Shown one piece after another: positions 59,080-64,000 of a DNA stretch of 64,000 nucleotides. The stretch is from positions 832,001 through 896,000 of the forward strand of contig OZ241841.1 of assembly GCA_965202665.1 (NCBI GenBank), given 5' to 3'. The stretch's first letter is position 1, and each line of letters starts with the position of its first letter. A program made the position numbers and the translations under genes. This DNA is from Candidatus Spongiisociaceae bacterium. Lineage in GTDB: Bacteria; Actinomycetota; Acidimicrobiia; Spongiisociales; Spongiisociaceae. Under the pieces are notes generated by a model that ran no database searches, was not told where the DNA came from, and saw only the letters and a list, made by a program, of their open reading frames with translations.

Positions 59080-60249
59080 CTACCGGACCGCTCCCGACCT
59101 TCGCAGTCTACCAACCGCCCCGGGCGGGAAACCGGCCTCGGCCAAAATCTGGTCGGTGTCCGCCCCGGGACGGGGAGCGGGGGCGGGCGGGGGCGGGGAG
59201 GTGCGGGAAAAACGGGGGGCGGGAGCGGGTTGCGGCCGCCCGTCCACTTCGGCGAACAGGGAACGGGCCCGGTTGTGGGGGTGGCGGCGGGCCTCGCTCA
59301 TGGTCAGCACCGGGGAAACGCAGGCGTCGCCCTCGGAGAAAAAATCGGTCCATTCCCGCCGGGTGCGGGAGGCGAAGGCCCCGGCCAGGCGGGCCCGCAA
59401 CGGCGGCCACGCCGCGGGCTCCCGGGGGTCGCCCAAATCGGAGCCGTCCACCCCCAGCCGTTCCAGCAACTCGGCCAAAAACTGCGGCTCCAAAGCCCCC
59501 ACCGCCATATATTCCCCGTCGGCCGTCTCATAGACATCGTAAAACGGGGCCCCGGTGTCCAACAAGTTGCTCCCCCGCCGGTCGCTCCACATCCCGCGCG
59601 CCGCCCAGTCGTGGGTCATGGTCATCAGCAGGGCCGCCCCGTCCACCATTGCCGCGTCCACCACCTGCCCCTTCCCCGAGCGGCGGGCTTCCAGCAGGGC
59701 GGCCAGCGCCCCCACCGCCAGCAACATCCCTCCCCCGCCGAAGTCGCCCACCAGGTTGATGGGCGGGGTGGGCGGCCCGCCCGCCCGTCCCATATGGGCC
59801 AGGGCCCCCGCCAGGGCGATGTAGTTGATGTCATGCCCGGCGGCGGGGGCCAGCGGGCCGGTTTGCCCCCAGCCGGTCACCCTCCCGTACACCAGCCGGG
59901 GGTTGCGCTCCCAGCATTGCCGGGGGCCGATCCCCAGCCGTTCCGCCACTCCGGGCCGGAAACCTTCCAGCAGGATGTCGGAGGAGGCGGCCAAAGCCAG
60001 CGCCACCTCCGCTCCGCCGGTTTGCTTCAAATCCACCACGATGGAACGTTTGCCCCGGTTCATCATCTCCGGATGGTCGGCGGTTGGCGCGGCGGGCGGA
60101 GCGGCGGCTGCGGCGGCGACGGGGGCGGACGGGCGGTCCACCCGCACCACCGACGCCCCCAGGTCGGCCAGCACCATCCCCGCAAACGGAGCCGGTCCCA
60201 CTCCGGCCAACTCCACCACCCGCACCCCGGCCAGCGGGCCGCCCATCAC
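59080..60249 (-). CDS. CaiB/BaiF family, alpha-methylacyl-CoA racemase-like
   Basis: GVGPAPF, NRGKRS, EGFRPGV, GHDINY, GDFGGG. Confidence 0.93.
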   Translation of the reverse strand: MMGGPLAGVRVVELAGVGPAPFAGMVLADLGASVVRVDRPSAPVAAAAAAPPAAPTADHPEMMNRGKRSIVVDLKQTGGAEVALALAASSDILLEGFRPGVAERLGIGPRQCWERNPRLVYGRVTGWGQTGPLAPAAGHDINYIALAGALAHMGRAGGPPTPPINLVGDFGGGGMLLAVGALAALLEARRSGKGQVVDAAMVDGAALLMTMTHDWAARGMWSDRRGSNLLDTGAPFYDVYETADGEYMAVGALEPQFLAELLERLGVDGSDLGDPREPAAWPPLRARLAGAFASRTRREWTDFFSEGDACVSPVLTMSEARRHPHNRARSLFAEVDGRPQPAPAPRFSRTSPPPPAPAPRPGADTDQILAEAGFPPGAVGRLRRSGAVR

Positions 60250-60270
60250 CCGCGCCCCGGCCCCGCCCCG

Positions 60271-61437
60271 CTAGGAGGAGGATTCCGGCCCGGATTCATC
60301 GGTCTCATCGGGCGGGTCGGGCCGGTCGGGGGAGGCGCGGTCGGAGCCGATCATCGACTCTTCCACCTGATGGCGTTCGATGAAAGTGGACACGAAGGCC
60401 TGCAGGGTGGCGGTGGCGGGCAAGGCGATTAGAGCCCCCACCACCCCCAGCAGGGCCGCCCCCACCAGCACCGACCCGAAAGCCACCGCCGGATGCAACG
60501 ACATCGTGCCCGCGGTGATGCGGGGGGCCAGCAACAAGTTTTCTATCTGTTGGTAGACCACCAACACCGCCAACACGATGACGGCGCTGCGCACCGAATC
60601 GCCGAGCGCCACCAAAGTGGGGGCCACCGCCGCCAGGTAGGTGCCCACCGCCGGCACGAACTGGGAAACCACCCCCACCCAGATGGACAGGGCCAACGCG
60701 AATTCCACTCCGATGATGCGCAACGCGACATAAGTGAAGATGGCCGAAGCCAAAGCCAGCAAAGCCCGGGAGTAAACGTAGCCGCCGGTTTTGTCGATGG
60801 CGATCTCCCACATGCGGGCGATTTCCTTCTGACGGCCGGGGCGGAAAACCGACAACAACATCCGCCGCCAGCGGGGGCCGTCGGCCAGCAGGTAGAAAGT
60901 GAACAGGCCGATGGTCAGCATCTGCACCACCAGGCTCAGCACCCGGGAGCCCAATCCCAGGGCGCTGTTGGCCAGGGTGCCCGCGTAACTTTGCAGGGTT
61001 CCCTGCAGGTTGCTGAGGCTGTCGGTCAGGTTGGACAAGTTGATGGACAGGTTGAAGCGGTTGTTCAGCCAGTCGGTGACGGTGGTGACCCAATTGGGAA
61101 TTTCCGACACCAGGTTGCCGATCTGGGTAACCAGGGGGGGAAGGGTGACGGCTACGAACAGGGCCCCCACTATGGCCGCTCCCAGGAACACCACCGCGGT
61201 GGCCAAGCCCCGTTTCCAACCCCGGCGGGCCAAAAAGACCACCGCGGGCTCCAAAGCGAAAGACAGGAACAGCGCCACCAACAGGTTGATGAGCACCCCA
61301 CGCATCCGCCCCAAAGCCCAGAACGCGAAATAGGCGACGGCCAGCGACCCGATGACCAAGAAGACCAGGCGGGGAATCCAAGGGGGCATCCCGTCGCGGG
61401 CCGGCGCCGCCGGGCGAGGCCCCTGTTCCATGCTCAT
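60271..61437 (-). CDS. AI-2E family transporter
   Basis: Multi-TM, YQQIENLLLAPRI..LHP, GALIALP. Confidence 0.93.
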   Translation of the reverse strand: MSMEQGPRPAAPARDGMPPWIPRLVFLVIGSLAVAYFAFWALGRMRGVLINLLVALFLSFALEPAVVFLARRGWKRGLATAVVFLGAAIVGALFVAVTLPPLVTQIGNLVSEIPNWVTTVTDWLNNRFNLSINLSNLTDSLSNLQGTLQSYAGTLANSALGLGSRVLSLVVQMLTIGLFTFYLLADGPRWRRMLLSVFRPGRQKEIARMWEIAIDKTGGYVYSRALLALASAIFTYVALRIIGVEFALALSIWVGVVSQFVPAVGTYLAAVAPTLVALGDSVRSAVIVLAVLVVYQQIENLLLAPRITAGTMSLHPAVAFGSVLVGAALLGVVGALIALPATATLQAFVSTFIERHQVEESMIGSDRASPDRPDPPDETDESGPESSS

Positions 61438-61515
61438 CCTCCTCGCATCTGGGTCGCCGATCGGATTATTCTGGGCAACGAAAACTCAACTTTAGCAAGC
61501 CGGCGGGAGGTCGGA

Positions 61516-63492
61516 ATGAACAAACCGGGCGGGTCGTCGGAGATTGCGTGGCGGGCGGGACCGGAAGATTTGGCCCGTTCCCGCACCGCCGAATTCATGG
61601 CCCGGCACGGGATAGCCTCCTACGGGGAACTGCTGGCCCGCTCCACCGAGGACATCCGCTGGTTCTGGTCGGCGGCGGCGGACTACCTGGGCGTCCCCTT
61701 CGCCGAGCCCTACCGGCAAGTGCTGGACGAGACGGAGGGCCCGGCCTTCCCGAAATGGTTCACCGGCGGGGTGATCAACATGTCCGCCGCCTGCCTGGAC
61801 CGCTGGGCCGCCCTCACCCCGCACCGTACGGCCCTGGTGGCGGAACGGGAGGACGGTTCCCGTTCCTCCTTCACTTTCGGGGAGTTGCTGGAGATGGTGG
61901 AGCGTACGGCCGGGGCCCTGGCCGAGGCGGGCGCGGGGCGCGGGGACGCGGTTGCCGCCTACCTGCCGATGTCGGAGACGGCGGTGGCGTGCATGCTGGC
62001 CGCCGCCCGCCTCGGGGCGGTGTTCGTGCCCATCTTCTCCGGATACGGACCGGAGGCGGTGGCGGAGCGTCTGGCCGCCGCCCGCCCGGCGGCGCTGGTA
62101 ACCGCCGACGGCTATACCCGTCGGGGGCGGCCGGTGGCGATGAAGGAAGTAGCCGACCGGGCCTCGGAGATCTCCGGCTTTCCCCCCGCTACGCTGGTGG
62201 TTTCCTACGCGGGGCGGTCCGATGTGCCTTGGACGGCCGGACGGGACCGTTCCTTTGAGCGGGCTTTGGAGGCCGCCGAGCGACGGGAACCGGCCGCCAC
62301 TTCCAGCGAGGACCCGGTGTTGCTGGTCTACACCTCGGGCACCACCGGCCAGCCGAAGGGGGTGGTGCACGTGCACGGCGGGCTGACCGTGAAACTGGCC
62401 GCGGAGGGGGCTTTCCAGTTCGAAATGCGCACCGAAGACCGGGTGATGTGGGTGACGGACATGGGATGGGTGATGGGTCCGTGGTCGGTGGTGGCGGGCC
62501 TGGCCAACGGGGCCTCGGTGGGTTGCTACGACGGGGCGCCCGACTTCCCCGACCCGGGCCGGGTTTGGCGCCTGGCGGAGTCGCTGGGTTTGACGGTGCT
62601 CGGCGTCTCCCCCACCCTCGTCCGGGCGCTGCAACCGCATGGGGCGGAAGCGGCCCGGGCCGCCGACCTGTCCCGGTTGCGGGCTTTCGGTTCCACCGGC
62701 GAACCGTGGAATCCCGACCCATGGTGGTGGCTGTTCCGGGAAGTGGGCGGGGAGCGCATCCCCATCATCAACATTTCCGGAGGGACCGAAGCGGGGGCCT
62801 GTTTTCTGTCCGCCCACATCATGCAAGGTCTGAAACCGACCTCGGTGGGCGGTCCCTCCCCCGGAATGGCGATGGAGGTTTACAACGGGGAGGGGCGGCC
62901 GGTGCGGGGGGAGGTGGGGGAACTGGTGTGCGTCAAAACCTGGCCCGGGATCACCCGCGGCTTCTGGGGCGGGGATGACCGGTACTTCTCCACCTACTGG
63001 GGGAGGTGGCCCAATGTTTGGGTGCACGGCGACTGGGCTTCGGTGGACGAAGACGGGTTCTGGTTCCTGCACGGGCGCTCCGACGACACCCTGAACGTGG
63101 GAGGGAAACGGGTGGGGCCGGCCGAGATCGAATCGGCGGCGGTGGAAATGCCGGAGGTGATGATGGCGGCCGCGGTGGGAATACCCGATCCGATCAAAGG
63201 GGAGTCCATCGCCCTGTTCGCGGTCCCCGCCCCGGGGGTGGAACCGGACGAGAAGTTGGCGGAGGCGGTGGCGGAGGCGGTGGCCGGCCGGCTGGGGAAG
63301 GCTTTCCGTCCGGGGACGGTGCGGTTCGCGGACGACCTGCCCCGCACCCGTTCGGCGAAGATCATGCGACGGGTGGTGAAAGCCCGCGCCTTGGGCCAAC
63401 CTGCGGGCGACCTGTCCGGCTTGGAAAACCCCGCCGCCGTGGAAGCCATCCGCCCCTTACGGTCAACGCCCGATCATTCGGCGGGTTGCTGA
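61516..63492 (+). CDS. Acetyl-CoA synthetase-like AMP-binding enzyme
   Basis: RBS GGGAGG; YTSGTTGQPKG, TDMGW, SGGTE, GRSDD, PRTRSAK. Confidence 0.93.
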   Translation: MNKPGGSSEIAWRAGPEDLARSRTAEFMARHGIASYGELLARSTEDIRWFWSAAADYLGVPFAEPYRQVLDETEGPAFPKWFTGGVINMSAACLDRWAALTPHRTALVAEREDGSRSSFTFGELLEMVERTAGALAEAGAGRGDAVAAYLPMSETAVACMLAAARLGAVFVPIFSGYGPEAVAERLAAARPAALVTADGYTRRGRPVAMKEVADRASEISGFPPATLVVSYAGRSDVPWTAGRDRSFERALEAAERREPAATSSEDPVLLVYTSGTTGQPKGVVHVHGGLTVKLAAEGAFQFEMRTEDRVMWVTDMGWVMGPWSVVAGLANGASVGCYDGAPDFPDPGRVWRLAESLGLTVLGVSPTLVRALQPHGAEAARAADLSRLRAFGSTGEPWNPDPWWWLFREVGGERIPIINISGGTEAGACFLSAHIMQGLKPTSVGGPSPGMAMEVYNGEGRPVRGEVGELVCVKTWPGITRGFWGGDDRYFSTYWGRWPNVWVHGDWASVDEDGFWFLHGRSDDTLNVGGKRVGPAEIESAAVEMPEVMMAAAVGIPDPIKGESIALFAVPAPGVEPDEKLAEAVAEAVAGRLGKAFRPGTVRFADDLPRTRSAKIMRRVVKARALGQPAGDLSGLENPAAVEAIRPLRSTPDHSAGC

Positions 63493-63860
63493 GTCCGGGG
63501 GCGGTTCTTTTTCTTGTTCTTCTTTTTGGATTTGCGGGCTTGGGCGGCGCTTTCGGCAACCAGGGCGGCGATCCGGGAAAGGAAAGCCAAAAACAGGCCG
63601 ATGCCGGCCAGGATGAAGAAAACGGTAACCAGTTTGCCGGCGGCGGTAACCGGGGCGAAGTCCCCGTAACCGACCGTGGTCATCGTGATAATCACAAAGT
63701 AGAAGCTGTCCAGCACGCTCCAGCCCTCCACCCGGTTGTAGAACAGGACGCCCAAAAGAATCAGGACCAGCACCGAGGACAGCAGCACCCGGAACTCCGG
63801 GTCGGTCCATCCCATGCGGATCGCCCGGCCCAAATGCCGAAAAGCCACCAACAGCAACAT
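63474..63860 (-). CDS. Minimal 2-TM potassium channel
   Basis: DSFYF..ITMTTVGYGD selectivity filter between two TM helices. Confidence 0.92.
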   Translation of the reverse strand: MLLLVAFRHLGRAIRMGWTDPEFRVLLSSVLVLILLGVLFYNRVEGWSVLDSFYFVIITMTTVGYGDFAPVTAAGKLVTVFFILAGIGLFLAFLSRIAALVAESAAQARKSKKKNKKKNRPRTQQPAE

Positions 63861-64000
63861 GGCCGCCAGGCTACCCGCTAAGCATTTTTTTCGCGTTCTT
63901 GCGCGATCATCGCATATTCGGAGAATTCGCCCGCGCCCGCCCCCGCCCGCTCAACGGGATTGCCGGGCGATCACGTAGCGGGAGACCAGGAGAATTTGCT

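Noticed and set aside
60493-61515. 999-aa acyl-CoA synthetase fusion
   Set aside because: Upstream part is antisense to the AI-2E transporter; RBS supports a start at 61516

Overview
GC-rich actinobacterial-type chromosome segment. The lineage is inferred from nucS, a mycothiol-type PIG-L deacetylase, aceE, menA and TTT-rich lipoproteins, and is most consistent with Acidimicrobiia. A housekeeping and lipid-catabolic backbone is interrupted by several AT-richer accessory cassettes. Main points: (1) A catabolic operon at 516-11817 (TRAP transporter, AtuA-like, DUF4387, ACAD, SDR, BKACE, NifU-like CxxC) hides a selenoprotein missed by the ORF track: 7004-7573 reads through an in-frame TGA in a U-G-A-C motif followed by a SECIS-like hairpin. 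(2) A two-gene module at 46079-52783 encodes a DEDDh exonuclease-DinG-RecQ triple fusion and a degenerate-NERD/UvrD-like helicase, a candidate defence or repair machine. (3) A defence-like hotspot at 11.8-18.5 kb holds a split type IIG-like remnant, an MTase-HNH fusion, a poly-G promoter, an EndoVII-transmembrane fusion, a Fic gene with a 3x62-bp repeat and an orphan MTase. (4) A Tad pilus locus at 29-39.7 kb carries an apparently swapped two-gene cassette. (5) The DctP gene is tandemly triplicated. (6) A recurring C/A-to-G/T strand-skew flip marks the variable sites. All family assignments come from motif recognition by eye; no searches were run.
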